This document shows, piece by piece, positions 38,672 to 50,100 of a stretch of DNA of 64,000 nucleotides; the first letter of the stretch is position 1, and every line of letters begins with the position of its first letter. The DNA lies in contig OY760183.1 of assembly GCA_963663275.1 (NCBI GenBank), positions 320,001 through 384,000 on the forward strand, written 5' to 3'. The position numbers were made by a program, and so were the translations under genes. The notes beneath the pieces were generated by a model, which saw nothing but the letters and a program-made list of their open reading frames with translations, was not told where the DNA came from and did not search any database. Source of the stretch: Chloroflexota bacterium (GTDB taxonomy: Bacteria; Chloroflexota; UBA11872; VXOZ01).

Positions 38672-39580
38672 ATGTTCCCAAACGGCGCCGGCTTCTCCCT
38701 CAGCCTCACCTTCGACATCGAGATGACCCCTAACTTCCCCTACTGGACCTCCGCCTGGAACCATCGCAAGGGGCAAATCGACGAGGGCACCAAGCTCTAC
38801 CTGCGCAGGATGAGCGAAATCGCCAAGGGCTACGGGGTCAAGCTGCAATTCTTCCTGGTGGGCAGCGCGTTGGAAGACCCGGACATCGACTATCTGAAGC
38901 AACTCGTCGACGACGGCCACGCCATCGACAACCACACCTACACCCACGTGAACGTCAAGGCCAAGGACGTCGCCGGCTTGCAGGAAATCTACGCCAACGC
39001 GCCCTGGAAGGTTGCGGGTCAGACGCCGCTGGAAGTCATTCGCCAGGAAATCCGCCAGACGAACGCGGCAATCGAGGAGAAGCTGGGTGAAAAGCCCCAG
39101 GGTTTCCGTACGCCGGGCGGTTTCGAAGGCGGGCTGGACGACGTGCCGGACGTGCAGGACGTGCTGCGGTACGAGGGCTTTCGCTTTGCCTCCGCCAACT
39201 ACCACTACCCGGTAGACCCCACGGTGCGCCACCAGCCGACGGCGACGCTGGAAGCGGCATTCCACGCCAGCTTGAATACACTGCAACCTTACCGCTATCC
39301 CAACGGCCTGCTGGAAATCCCCCTGATGGGCATCACCTCCATCTGGGCGTTCCGGCACATGGATTTGGACCGCTGGGAGTTCATCGACCTCATCAAGGCC
39401 GGCGTGGACCACGCGCACGAGCACAAGCAGATCTTCAGCCTGTGCTGCCATCCGTCGGACATCGCCGCGCGCGACCCGCACTGCGATATGGTGGATGCCG
39501 TGCTGCGCCACGCGCTGGATAAACCCGGCGGCTGCTGGGCAACGACCAACCGCGAAATCGCGGATTACCTGAATGGCTGA
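38672..39580 (+). CDS. Polysaccharide deacetylase family protein, copy 2
   Basis: Tandem paralog with the same motifs. Confidence 0.88.
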   Translation: MFPNGAGFSLSLTFDIEMTPNFPYWTSAWNHRKGQIDEGTKLYLRRMSEIAKGYGVKLQFFLVGSALEDPDIDYLKQLVDDGHAIDNHTYTHVNVKAKDVAGLQEIYANAPWKVAGQTPLEVIRQEIRQTNAAIEEKLGEKPQGFRTPGGFEGGLDDVPDVQDVLRYEGFRFASANYHYPVDPTVRHQPTATLEAAFHASLNTLQPYRYPNGLLEIPLMGITSIWAFRHMDLDRWEFIDLIKAGVDHAHEHKQIFSLCCHPSDIAARDPHCDMVDAVLRHALDKPGGCWATTNREIADYLNG

Positions 39581-39648
39581 GGGCGGGCGCGCGTGTTTCC
39601 CGGCCAGCGTAACCCGTCGCGTGACGTCGATCGGAAACGGGAAGGCCG

Positions 39649-39980
39649 CGTAGGGACGGTTCGCGAACCGCCCCTACCACGACGCCTCATGCGGGGGACA
39701 AGCCCCCGCGCTACGGTGCGAGGTACGGTTCGAGGGTTAGCGGGCTCCGGTAGCGTAGGTTCGCAACCTGCGCCGGCCGTGTCCGGTAGCGTAGGTTTGT
39801 AACCTGCGCAGCCTGCCGCCTTGCCGACGCAAACGAGATTCCGGAGGCGGGGGACAAGCCCCCGCGCTACGGTGCGAGGATTAGCGGGCTCCGGTAGCGT
39901 AGGTTTGTAACCTGCGTAGCCTGCCGCCTTGCCAACGCAAACGAGATTCCGGAGGCGGGGGACAAGCCCCCGCGCTACGG
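39649..39980. repeat. REP/REPIN tandem array
   Basis: Repeated REP doublets with near-identical linkers. Confidence 0.85.
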
Positions 39981-40009
39981 TGTAGCCATCTGGAAACAAC
40001 GGAGGAATC

Positions 40010-41128
40010 ATGGAAACCGCGGACGTCGTCGTCATTGGCGGCGGCATTGTCGGCACCACCATCACCTATCACCTCGCCAAGGCCGGCGCCGGCAAGGTGG
40101 TGCTCTGCGAGCGCAAGACCATCGGCTCCGGCACCAGTTCCATGTCCGGCGCCATGTGCGGCCAGCAGGCGGAAATGACCGACACCATTGCCAAACTGGC
40201 CGTGCGCGCCCGCGACATCTACGACAACTTCGGCGACGTCATCGGCGGCGACTGCGGTTTCTTCAAGTATGGCATCCTGAACCTCTACGCCACGATGGAA
40301 GTCGCTGAACAGGCGGCCGCCAGGGCCCGCAAGAACGGCTCCGCCGCCCGGGCGATCACACTTGACGAAGCCAAGGACTACTACCCGGAAGCCAACCTGG
40401 AGGGCGCGGGCGCGGCGCTGCTCTACGGCGAGACCGGCAACGTGGACGCCTATCGCACCATGCAGTCCTACGTGGCCGGGGCGCGGGCGCACGGCGCGGA
40501 GATACGGGAGTTCACGCCGGTCACCCACATCCACGCCACAAACGGGCGGATTGAACGCTTAGAGACCCCCGGCGGGTCTATCGCGCCGGGCAAGGTCGTG
40601 CTCGCCTGCGGCCCGTGGAGCCACAAAGTGGCCCGTTCCGCCGGCTTGCGCCTGCCGATCCAGCCCTCGCAGGTCGGCGTCTCGTTCTACCGCCAGCCGC
40701 CCGATTTCTACGACCGGCCGCCGGTCTTCAGCGTGGAACTTGCCATCATCCCCTGGCACAACAAGCACTTCCGCGTCCTGTGCGACCGCCGCGACCCGCT
40801 GGTGAAGATCGAACCGGATCCCACCAACGCCGTGCCGCCGCAGTGGATGGTGGACTGGACGACGGAAGTGATCCAGCGGCGGCTGCCCAAGATGAAGCGC
40901 GGCCGCTTCCAGGGCGCGTACCAGACCTGCTACGACGACACGCCCGACCTGAAACCGCTCTTGGGCTACGTCGCGGGCTACGAGAACCTCTTTCTCGATT
41001 GCGGCTGGAGCGGCCGCGGCTTCAAGTTCTCCGTGGCCCTCGGCGAGTACAACGCCAAGTGGATCATGGAAGGCAAGACCGAACTCGACCTGGCGCCCTG
41101 GCTGGCCAGCCGCTTCCTGGGCGCGTGA
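40010..41128 (+). CDS. FAD-dependent oxidoreductase (DAO/sarcosine oxidase family)
   Basis: VIGGGIVG, TPDLKPLLG, GWSGRGFKFS. Confidence 0.92.
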   Translation: METADVVVIGGGIVGTTITYHLAKAGAGKVVLCERKTIGSGTSSMSGAMCGQQAEMTDTIAKLAVRARDIYDNFGDVIGGDCGFFKYGILNLYATMEVAEQAAARARKNGSAARAITLDEAKDYYPEANLEGAGAALLYGETGNVDAYRTMQSYVAGARAHGAEIREFTPVTHIHATNGRIERLETPGGSIAPGKVVLACGPWSHKVARSAGLRLPIQPSQVGVSFYRQPPDFYDRPPVFSVELAIIPWHNKHFRVLCDRRDPLVKIEPDPTNAVPPQWMVDWTTEVIQRRLPKMKRGRFQGAYQTCYDDTPDLKPLLGYVAGYENLFLDCGWSGRGFKFSVALGEYNAKWIMEGKTELDLAPWLASRFLGA

Positions 41129-41152
41129 ACCGATGCAGCAAGGATAGTGTGT

Positions 41153-42403
41153 ATGGCGCGTAAGCGCATCGTCGTCACCGGCATGGGCGCGGTAACCCCG
41201 GTGGGGAATACCGCCGCCGCCGCCTGGCGCGCCGTCTGCGACGGCACGCCGGGCATCACCCGCATCAGCCGGTTCGATACGGAAGGTTTCGCCGCGCAGA
41301 TTGCCGGTGAGGTCAAGGACTTCGACGCCCGGCAGTACGTGGACGCCCGCGAGGCGCGGCGCATGGACCGCTTCACCCAGTACGCGGTCGCGGCGGCGCA
41401 GGAGGCGATGGACGACTCCGGCGTGCCCATCACCGCGCAAAACGCCGGCCGCATCGGCGTCTTCGTCGGTTCCGGCATTGGCGGCATCGAGTCGTTGGAG
41501 GCGCAATTCGCGGTCATGGCCGCGCGCGGGCCGAGCCGCCTGAGCCCGTTTCTCATTCCCATGCTGCTCACGGATACGGCGGCGGGCGCGATTTCCATTC
41601 GCTTTGGCTTGCGCGGCCCGAACCTGGCGGTGGTTTCCGCCTGCGCCACCGGCGCGCACGCCGTGGGTGAAGGCGCGGCGGCGATCCGGCGCGGCGACGC
41701 CGACGTGATGGTCTGCGGCAGCAGCGAGGCTGCGGTGACCCCCATGACCATCGCCGGTTTTGCCGCCATGCGCGCGCTCTCCACCCGCAACGACGACCCG
41801 GCCGCGGCCTCGCGTCCATTCGAGAAACACCGCGACGGCTTCGTGGTCGGCGAGGGCGCGGGCGTGCTGGTGCTGGAAAGCCTGGAACACGCCCTGGACC
41901 GCGGCGCGCGCGTCTACGGAGAAGTGGCCGGCTACGGCGCGACCGCGGACGCCAGCCACATTACCGCCCCGCCGGATGACGGCGAGGGCGCGGCCCGCGC
42001 CATGCAAGCCGCCCTGGAGCAGGCGCAAGTCAGACCGGCAGACGTGCAGTATATCAACGCCCACGGCACCTCCACGCCGCTCAACGACCGGGCCGAAACC
42101 CAAGCCATCAAGACGGTGTTCGGCGACCATGCCGCAAAGCTGGCCGTGAGTTCCACCAAGTCCATGACCGGCCATCTGCTCGGCGGCGCCGGCGGCGTGG
42201 AATCCGTCTTTTGCCTGAAAGCCATCGAGGACAACCTGATACCGCCTACGCTAAACTATGAGGAACCCGATCCGGACTGCGACCTGGACTACGTGCCCAA
42301 CGGCCCGCGCCGGACGGCGGTCAACGCGGCCATGAACAACAGCTTCGGCTTCGGCGGCCACAACGCCAGCCTGCTCTTCACGCGCTTCGATTCCTCTCCC
42401 TGA
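41153..42403 (+). CDS. fabF: Beta-ketoacyl-ACP synthase II
   Basis: [31 protein letters not shown]. Confidence 0.97.
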   Translation: MARKRIVVTGMGAVTPVGNTAAAAWRAVCDGTPGITRISRFDTEGFAAQIAGEVKDFDARQYVDAREARRMDRFTQYAVAAAQEAMDDSGVPITAQNAGRIGVFVGSGIGGIESLEAQFAVMAARGPSRLSPFLIPMLLTDTAAGAISIRFGLRGPNLAVVSACATGAHAVGEGAAAIRRGDADVMVCGSSEAAVTPMTIAGFAAMRALSTRNDDPAAASRPFEKHRDGFVVGEGAGVLVLESLEHALDRGARVYGEVAGYGATADASHITAPPDDGEGAARAMQAALEQAQVRPADVQYINAHGTSTPLNDRAETQAIKTVFGDHAAKLAVSSTKSMTGHLLGGAGGVESVFCLKAIEDNLIPPTLNYEEPDPDCDLDYVPNGPRRTAVNAAMNNSFGFGGHNASLLFTRFDSSP

Positions 42404-42404
42404 C

Positions 42405-42544
42405 GAGACCTTTGCGTAACCCCTTCCCCATTGGGGGGAAGGTTGGGATGGGGGGTGAAATGGCTTGAAATCATGCAATCTTTAGGTGTAACACCGCTCT
42501 GGATTCCGGTTTTCACCGGAATGACGGAGTTATGCAAAGGTCTC
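42405..42544. mobile_element. GAGACCTTTGC-type (IS5-like ends) MITE
   Basis: GAGACCTTTGCGTAAC/GTTATGCAAAGGTCTC with CTGAC duplication. Confidence 0.75.
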
Positions 42545-42659
42545 CTGACGGACAGGCCAAGACCACGTTCCGGTCCTGTCCCCTCTCCCTGAGGGAGAGG
42601 CCAGCGCCACGTTCCGGTCTTGTCCCCTCTCCCTGAGGGAGAGGGTTAGGGTGAGGGTT

Positions 42660-42836
42660 CAATGCTGTCGCGTAAACGTAGCGCGGGGGCTTGTCCCCCG
42701 CCTGAACAAGTAAAATGAGAACGAAATCGATTGACCCGACGGCAGACGCAGGTTACGCGCACTTCCCGTGCGAACCCGCGCTACCGGAGCAACGAGTGTA
42801 GTTTTCATTCTCATTGCGCTTAATGCGACACCATTA
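42660..42836. mobile_element. 177-bp IS4-derived MITE (inverted copy)
   Basis: Reverse complement of 24046-24222; flanks GGGTGAGGGT(T/G). Confidence 0.85.
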
Positions 42837-42905
42837 GGGTGAGGGTGAGACCTCAGCGCGAAGTGCCGCGAAATCAAATAGAAGAAACACGAGGAAACAC
42901 ATACG

Positions 42906-43382
42906 GTGGCGTCCACGCGGCAATCCGACGCAACAACGAGCGCAGAGAGCGCCGCCTGGCTGGACGGCCTGCGCGGCCTCATCGCCGCCGTGCGGGACAC
43001 GCCGGTGCACGAGGTAGAGCTTCGCTTTGGCGATACGGCGGTCTTTCTCCGCCGCCGCCTGGGGGTCGTGCGCCGCGCGCCGCCGGAGGCCGCCCGCGCG
43101 CCAGCGGAGCCGCAGGCAAGCCGCGCGGCCGTCCGCGCGCCCCTGAACGGCATCTACTACGACCGGTCCAGCCCGGAAGCCGAGCCGTTCGTGCAGGTGG
43201 GCGACCGCGTCGAGACCGGCCAGGTGGTTGCCTTGATAGAGGCCATGAAGGTTTTCAACGAGGTGCACGCCGAACAGCCCGGCCAGGTAGCCGCGTTGCT
43301 GGTAGAATCGGGTGACATGGTGCAAAGCGGCCAAGACCTCATCGCCCTGGAGGCGGAATCCGCCGATACTAACGAACCGTAG
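42906..43382 (+). CDS. accB: Biotin carboxyl carrier protein
   Basis: IEAMKVFNE biotinylation motif. Confidence 0.93.
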   Translation: MASTRQSDATTSAESAAWLDGLRGLIAAVRDTPVHEVELRFGDTAVFLRRRLGVVRRAPPEAARAPAEPQASRAAVRAPLNGIYYDRSSPEAEPFVQVGDRVETGQVVALIEAMKVFNEVHAEQPGQVAALLVESGDMVQSGQDLIALEAESADTNEP

Positions 43383-43822
43383 CGCGGGGGCTTGTCCCCC
43401 GCCATTGCGAGGCATTCAATGCGTAGCGCGGGGGCTCGTCCCCCGCTAGGAATATCGCCGACAACACAGTAACCGGCACGTAGCGCGGGGGCTTGTCCCC
43501 CGCTGAGGGGCTGACAGGGGTAGGCAATCTAGAATCGGCTTAACGTGTCATTCCGAACGGAGCGCAGCGCAGAGAGGAATCTAGAGCACAGCCCCGTTCA
43601 ATCAACATCCTTAGATTCCTCGCCGCGCTCGGAATGACGTTTACGTATCCTTGTCCCCCGCCGGGGTCAACACCGACAATACAAAATGCCACACGTAGCG
43701 CGGGGGTTCGTCCCCCGCCAGGAACATCGCCGACACCGCAAAATGACACACGTAGCGCGGGGGCTCGTCCCCCGCCGGAGAAGTCACCGACACCGCACGT
43801 ACACACACAAGGAGTTGCCTAG

Positions 43823-44416
43823 ATGACGGCACGAGAGACGATACTCAGCGGCGACCGCGCCCGCGGCGCGCTCACGGCAATTGCCGTCGCCACCTTTGCG
43901 GCCGCGCTGGTCGCCTTGTCGGCGCGAGCGGAAATGCATCTGTGGTTCACGCCGGTGCCTATTACCTTGCAGGTCTTGGCCGTCCTGCTCATCGGCCTCA
44001 GCCTCTCGCCGCGCATGTCGTTTCTCGCCCTGGCCGAGTATATCGGCGCCGGCATCGTCGGCTTGCCGGTCTTTTCCGGCGGCGGTTCCGGCATCGCCTG
44101 GTTGCTGGGTCCCACCGGCGGCTTCATCTGGGGTTTTCTGGTTGCCGCGCCGCTGGTCGGCATACTGGCGCATTGGCTCGGACCGCGATGGTCGATCGTA
44201 GCGGCGTTGGCGGGCATCGCCGTCATCTACCTCCTCGGTTGGTATCACCTGGCGCAGTGGTACTATCTGGTAAAGGAAGAACTCAGCCCATGGCTGCTGG
44301 CCTACCACAACGGCGTGGCGCCGTTCGTGTTGATCGACGTTGCCAAGGCCGCCGTCGCCGTGGGGCTGGTGTATGGCGGCGCGCGCCTGGGCCTGCCCGT
44401 GGGCAAGCGGGAGTGA
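43823..44416 (+). CDS. bioY: Biotin transporter BioY
   Basis: PVPITLQ, GLPVFSGG, GPTGGFIWGF. Confidence 0.95.
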   Translation: MTARETILSGDRARGALTAIAVATFAAALVALSARAEMHLWFTPVPITLQVLAVLLIGLSLSPRMSFLALAEYIGAGIVGLPVFSGGGSGIAWLLGPTGGFIWGFLVAAPLVGILAHWLGPRWSIVAALAGIAVIYLLGWYHLAQWYYLVKEELSPWLLAYHNGVAPFVLIDVAKAAVAVGLVYGGARLGLPVGKRE

Positions 44417-44523
44417 GCGGACGCGGCCACTTCCTAAATGGGCGCGAGTGGTAATATACTTGATACGGAGCTTTGGCGTCCTATTGTAGGATTCCGATTG
44501 TACAACGTGTAGAGGAGCACGGA

Positions 44524-44763
44524 ATGAGCGACACACTGGAGCAGGTAAAGGCGGTAGTGGCGGACAAACTGGGCGCGGACGCGGCCGAGATTACGGAGGA
44601 TACCCGCTTCCAGGAAGACTTGGAAGCGGACTCGCTCGATCTCGTCGAACTCATCATGGCGCTGGAGGATGAGTACAGCATTCAGATCTCGGACGAAGAG
44701 GCCCAGGAGATCCGCAGCATCAAGGACGCCGTAGCCTACATCGAGCAGCAGACGTCCGGCTAG
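44524..44763 (+). CDS. acpP: Acyl carrier protein
   Basis: DLEADSLDLVELIMALE. Confidence 0.96.
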   Translation: MSDTLEQVKAVVADKLGADAAEITEDTRFQEDLEADSLDLVELIMALEDEYSIQISDEEAQEIRSIKDAVAYIEQQTSG

Positions 44764-44778
44764 CGGGCAGCCCGCGCA

Positions 44779-45549
44779 ATGGATCTCGCGCTTGACGGAC
44801 ACGTAGCCTTGGTCACCGGCGCCAGCCGCGGCATTGGCAAAGGAATCGCCGCCGCCCTGGCGCAGGAAGGCTGCAAACTCGTCATCTGCGCCCGCGGCGC
44901 GGAGACGCTGGCAGAGACGGCGGAGGAACTGCGCGCCGGCGGCGCGGCGGTGCGCGCCCTTGCCCGGGACGTGACCGAACCGGACGCGGCGGCGCAAATC
45001 GTCGGCGCCGCGGTCGAGGCGTACGGCAAGCTGAACATTCTCGTGAACAACGTCGGCGGCAATAATCGCACGCCGTTTGGGCAGCAGAGCGACGCGGAGT
45101 GGGAAGAGGTCATCGGCTTGAACCTGCTGGCGGGCGTGCGCATGACCCGCGCCGCGCTGCCCCACCTGGCCGCGGCGGAGAACGGCGCCGTGGTGTTCGT
45201 CTCCTCGCTCTGGGGCCGCGAACTTGGCGGCCCGCCGGTGTACGTCAGCACGAAAGCCGCCGCCATCGGCCTGGCCTCCAGCCTGGCCCGTGAACTCGCG
45301 CCCCAAGGCATCCGCGTGAACAGCGTCGCGCCCGGTTCCATTCGCTTCCCCGGCGGTAGCTGGGACCGGCGCGTCCAGGACGACCCGGACGGCATGGCGG
45401 ACTTCGTGGCGCGCGAGATACCCGGCGGACGCTTCGGCACGGTGGCGGAGGTGGCCAACGTGGTCGCCTTCCTCGCCTCGCCCCGCGCCGCCTGGGTGAA
45501 CGGCGCCTGCGTCCCGGTGGACGGCTGCCAGTCCCGCTCGCTGCTATAG
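44779..45549 (+). CDS. SDR family oxidoreductase
   Basis: TGASRGIG, VNNVG, YVSTK. Confidence 0.93.
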   Translation: MDLALDGHVALVTGASRGIGKGIAAALAQEGCKLVICARGAETLAETAEELRAGGAAVRALARDVTEPDAAAQIVGAAVEAYGKLNILVNNVGGNNRTPFGQQSDAEWEEVIGLNLLAGVRMTRAALPHLAAAENGAVVFVSSLWGRELGGPPVYVSTKAAAIGLASSLARELAPQGIRVNSVAPGSIRFPGGSWDRRVQDDPDGMADFVAREIPGGRFGTVAEVANVVAFLASPRAAWVNGACVPVDGCQSRSLL

Positions 45550-45929
45550 GCAAGGATGATTCCGCATCACGCCCACCTCTGTCCGTTTCGTCTCACTCGC
45601 ATGACATTCGCGACTTGCATGGTATTCGCGACTGTCATTCCGAGCGCAGCGAGGAATCTAATGCCGTAGCGCGGGGGCTTGTCCCCCGCCAATGCGTGGA
45701 ACCCAGGCCGTAGCGCGGGGGCTTGTCCCCCGCAATTGCACCCGGAACGACGGCTAATGCGGCGCTGGCAGGCGTGCCGCCAGCAATGCCGCTGACAGAA
45801 ACGGGCGCGCAAGGACGTGATCCTCACATGCGCGCAGGTTTCAAACCTACGCTACCGGAGAGAGCGTAGCGCGGGGGCTTGTCCCCCGCCATCGCGAGAA
45901 CCGTAGAACGTGGCCCGGAGGCTTATCCT

Positions 45930-46105
45930 TAATGTCGTCACATTAGGCGGAATGAGAATGAAAACTACGCTCGTTTCTCCGGTAGCGCAGGTTCGCACGG
46001 GAAATGCGCGTAACCTGCGTCTTCCGTAGGGTCAAATCATTCCGTTCTCATTTTCTTGTTCCGGCGGGGGACAAGCCCCCGCGCTACGTTAACGCGACAG
46101 CATTG
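45930..46105. mobile_element. IS4-derived MITE, third copy
   Basis: Same internal sequence; ends TAATGTCGTCACATTA/TTAACGCGACAGCATTG. Confidence 0.8.
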
Positions 46106-46435
46106 GAGACAATCCCCCGCCGGGCGTAGGGCGCGTTTGCGAGAAGAAGATGGATTGCCGCTTGCGCGGCAATGACGGAGGCGGGCGTAACCCTAACGCG
46201 CGCGCAGGTTACAAACCGACGCTACCGGATGCAGAACAAACCCGCGCCGCCGGAGACAATCCAATCCCGCGCCACCGTTTCATGCGCGCAGGTTACAAAC
46301 CGACGCTACCGGATACTGAACAGACCTACGCCGCCGGAGACAATCCAATCCCACGCCCCCGTTTTCCACGCGCAGGTTACAAACCTGCGCTACCGGATAC
46401 ACTACAAACCCCCGCTGACGGAGACTCTGACGTGA

Positions 46436-47191
46436 ATGGAGCGCCCCGTGCCGGTTGACAATACTGCCGACGGTCTTGACGAACTCCGCCGCGCTCTTGG
46501 CGTGCCCGGCATGGATTCGCCTCTCCTGACGCAAGCCCTCACGCACCGGTCGTATGCCCACGAGCACGGCCTCTCCAATTTGGACAGCAACGAACGGCTC
46601 GAATTTCTCGGCGACGCCATCATTGGCGCGGTCGCCGCCGAGTTCCTCTTTCGCCGCTTTCCCCACAGAACCGAAGGCGAACTCTCGCGCCTGCGCGCCG
46701 CGCTGGTGCGCAAGGAGCGTCTGTGCCTGCTGGCGCGGGACGCCGGCCTGGGCCCGCTGCTCCGCCTGGGCAAGGGAGAAGAGGCGAATCATGGGCGCGA
46801 GCGCGACTCCATCCTGGCCAGCAGTTTCGAAGCGGTGATCGGCGCGCTCTTCCTGGAGACCTCCTTCGCGCACGTGCGGCAGTATCTCCTGCCGCGGCTC
46901 GAAGAAGCGGCGGCGCAGATCCTGCGCACGGCCGCCGACCGCAACGCCAAGACCGAACTGCAAGAGCGCCTCCAAGCGGAGCGCAACCTCACGCCGACCT
47001 ATCGGGTGCTGCGCGCCAGCGGCGCCGACCACGCCAAACGCTTCGTCGTCGGCGTCTACCTGCAGAAGACCCTGCTCGCCACCGGCGAGGGCACGAACAC
47101 CCAGAAAGCCGAGCAAGCGGCCGCCGCCCGCGCCTTGGCCCAGATCGAAACGGAGCGCCCGCTGCCGGCGGAACACGCCGCGCCCGCCTAG
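46436..47191 (+). CDS. rnc: Ribonuclease III
   Basis: ALTHRSY, NERLEFLGDA, dsRBD NAKTELQE. Confidence 0.97.
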   Translation: MERPVPVDNTADGLDELRRALGVPGMDSPLLTQALTHRSYAHEHGLSNLDSNERLEFLGDAIIGAVAAEFLFRRFPHRTEGELSRLRAALVRKERLCLLARDAGLGPLLRLGKGEEANHGRERDSILASSFEAVIGALFLETSFAHVRQYLLPRLEEAAAQILRTAADRNAKTELQERLQAERNLTPTYRVLRASGADHAKRFVVGVYLQKTLLATGEGTNTQKAEQAAAARALAQIETERPLPAEHAAPA

Positions 47192-47196
47192 CGCCT

Positions 47197-50100
47197 ATGT
47201 ACCTCACACAGCTCGAAATCCACGGCTTCAAGACTTTTCCCGCCCGCGCCACGTTGGCCTTTCCCCGGGGCATCAGCGCCATCGTGGGGCCGAACGGCAG
47301 CGGCAAGAGCAATCTGGCCGACGCCATCCGCTGGGCCCTGGGCGAACAGAGCATGCTGGCCCTGCGGGGACGCAAGAGCGAGGACGTGGTCTTTGCCGGC
47401 ACGCCGCGCCGCGCCCGCGCCGGCATGACCGAAGTCACGCTCACGTTCGACAACGAGGACGGCGCCTTTCCCCTGGATCGCGCCGAAGTCAGCATCGCCC
47501 GGCGGGCGTACCGTTCCGGCGAGAACGAGTATCTCCTCAACGGCAATCGCGTGCGCCTGCGCGACATCCAGCAACTCCTGGCGGAAGCCGGCATCGGCCA
47601 CGGCCTGATGATCGGGCAAGGGCTGGTGGACCAGGTGCTGGCGCAACGGCCGGAGGAGCGCCGCAGCCTCCTGGAAGAAGCCGCCGGCGTGCGCGCGCTC
47701 TACATGCAAGAACACGAGGCGGAGAACAAACTCCGGCGCGTGCACGACAACATGAACCGCGTGCGCGACATCCTGCTGGAGCTGGAACCCCGCCTGGCCA
47801 CCCTGGAAACCCAGGCCAAAGAAGCCCAAAAAGCGGATGCGCTCCAGCAAGAACTCTCTCAGGCCCTGCACGATTGGTACGCGGCGCAATTGGCAAACCT
47901 GGTGGCTGAAGAAGCGGAGGCGGCGAGCGCTTTGGAAAAGGCGCAAGCGGCCCAGGACGACCTGGCCGCGCAGATCGCCGGCCACGCGCGCGAGCGCCAG
48001 CGTCTGGAACAGGAATCCCGCGAACACGAGCAGTCCCTGCACCGCGCCGGGGCGCGCCTGGCGGGCCTGCGCAACCGCCAACGCGACCTGGCGCAGCGCC
48101 AGGCCGTGCGGCAGGAGCGCCAGACCCACCTGCAGCGCAACGTGGAAGACGCCGCCGCCCGCGAAGCGGAACTGGCGGAGCGCCAGGCCGCCGCCGCCGC
48201 GCGCCTGCCGCAACAGGAAGCCGCCCTGGCGGAAACCACCGAGACCCTCAGCGGGAACCAAGCGGAGTGGCAAGCGGCGAAGGACGCCATCGCCAGCCAC
48301 GAGCACGCGCGCCGGCAGACGGAAGCGGCCCTCCAGGAACTGCGGCGGGAAGGCGTGGCCGTTACCACCCGGCTGAGCAGCCTGAACGCCGTCATCGACG
48401 ACGCGAAGCGCCAGCGCGAAGCGGCGCTGACACGCGCCGCGGAAGCGGCGGAACAACTGCAACTCGTCCGCAAACAGCAACGCGACCGCGCCGCCGCCCT
48501 GACGACCCTGCGGGAACGGGCGGACACGCTCCAAACCCAGGCGGATGCGGCCCATGCCGCCCGCGAAGCCGCCGACGCGACGCTGGCCGAAGTGGAACAA
48601 GCGGTGCGCGGCCTGGAAAGCGAGCGCCAAGCGCCGCTGCGCCAACGCGCCGATCTGGAAGGCCGCGCCGCCGCGTTGCGCGCGCTGCTGGCGGGCGCGT
48701 CCGCCGGCGAGGAATCCGAGCCGGAGGCGGTGGCGGCCCGGGCTGGCGTGCCCTTGCTGCCCACCCTCGCCGGAGTTGACCTGCCGGAGAACGTCGCCAC
48801 CGCGCTGGCGGCGGCGCTGCCCAGCGAGGCGTTCCTCACCGCCAACCGGCGGGACGCGGCGAAACTGGTGGCGCACGCGGTGAGCAATGCCGCCGCCAAC
48901 GCCACCGTGCTGGCCGCCGACCTCTTGGCCGCGGCCACGCCCGCCGTTCCCGCGCTCCCCGGCGTGCTCGGACACGCCGCCGACCTGGCGCCTCTGCCGC
49001 CGGAGAGCGCGGCCTTGGAGCCGGCGCTGCGCGCAATTCTGGTGGTGGAAGACGTGGACGCCATGCTCGCGGTGGCCGCCCGCCATCCCTGGCCGTTGAT
49101 CGTAAGCGTGGACGGCGTGGTCTACGGCGGCGGCGTCTTTCGCTACGCCTCAGCCGCCGCGCAACGCGGCCAACAGCACGCCCAGTATACGCGCCTCACC
49201 GCCCGCCTGGACGACGTCCGCCGCCGCTGCGAGGAACTGGAGGAACAAGAGGCCGCGCTGCGCGTCCGGCAGACCCAGGCACGCGAAGAGGCCCGCGCCG
49301 CCGCCCGCGCGCACACCCAGCGCCTCGACGCGGCCCGCGCCGCCGCCGGCGCCTTGCAGCGGCACACGCACGAACATGACGAATCGACCCGCCAGCGCGC
49401 CTGGTGGGAGCAGGTGGAAGAGGAAGCCCGCGCCCAGCGTGAGGAACTGGAAGACACCATCGCCGCCCGCGAGCGTGAAGCGCCGCTGGCCGTGGCCGCC
49501 AGGGAGCGCCTGGCGCGGGAAATCGGCGAACGCGAGCGCGCCGGCAATGCCCTGCAACAGGAGGTAGAGGCGCGCCGCGCCGCCGTGAGCGCCTTGCAGA
49601 CCCAGCTTGCCGTCCAGCAGCAACGCAAGGAGCACCTGACGCGCACCATCGCCCAGGCGCGCGCCGAGCGGCGCGGGCTGGAGCGCGAGCGCGCCCAACT
49701 CGCGCACACCCGCGCCGAACGGGAAGAGACGCTGCGCGCGCTGCAAAGCGAACTGGCGGACGGCGCGGATGCCGCCGCACAAACCGCCGCGCACGTGGAA
49801 GAAGCCGCCGCGGAGAGCAAGCGGCAGCAGGACCTGCTGGAGCGGTCGCGCGCGCGGCTGGCCGCGTGCGCCCGGGCCGGCGCCAATTTGGAAGGGCGCC
49901 TGGCCGCCCGCGAACGGGACTGCGACCTGGCCGAGCAGGCCCTGGCCGGCGCGCGGCAGCGGCGCGAGGATACGGTGGTGCGCTGGCTGAGCGACGAGCC
50001 GGACGCCGAGCCGCTGCCCAAGCCGTCCGCCGAGCCCGTGGAAGCCCTGCAACGCCGCGTCGCGTCCCTGCGCAACCGCTTGCGCCGCATCGGCCCGGTG

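Noticed and set aside
48700-49150. Degenerate SMC hinge implying a novel SMC
   Set aside because: Hinge glycines look divergent, but head motifs and rnc-smc synteny are standard; cannot be supported without alignment.
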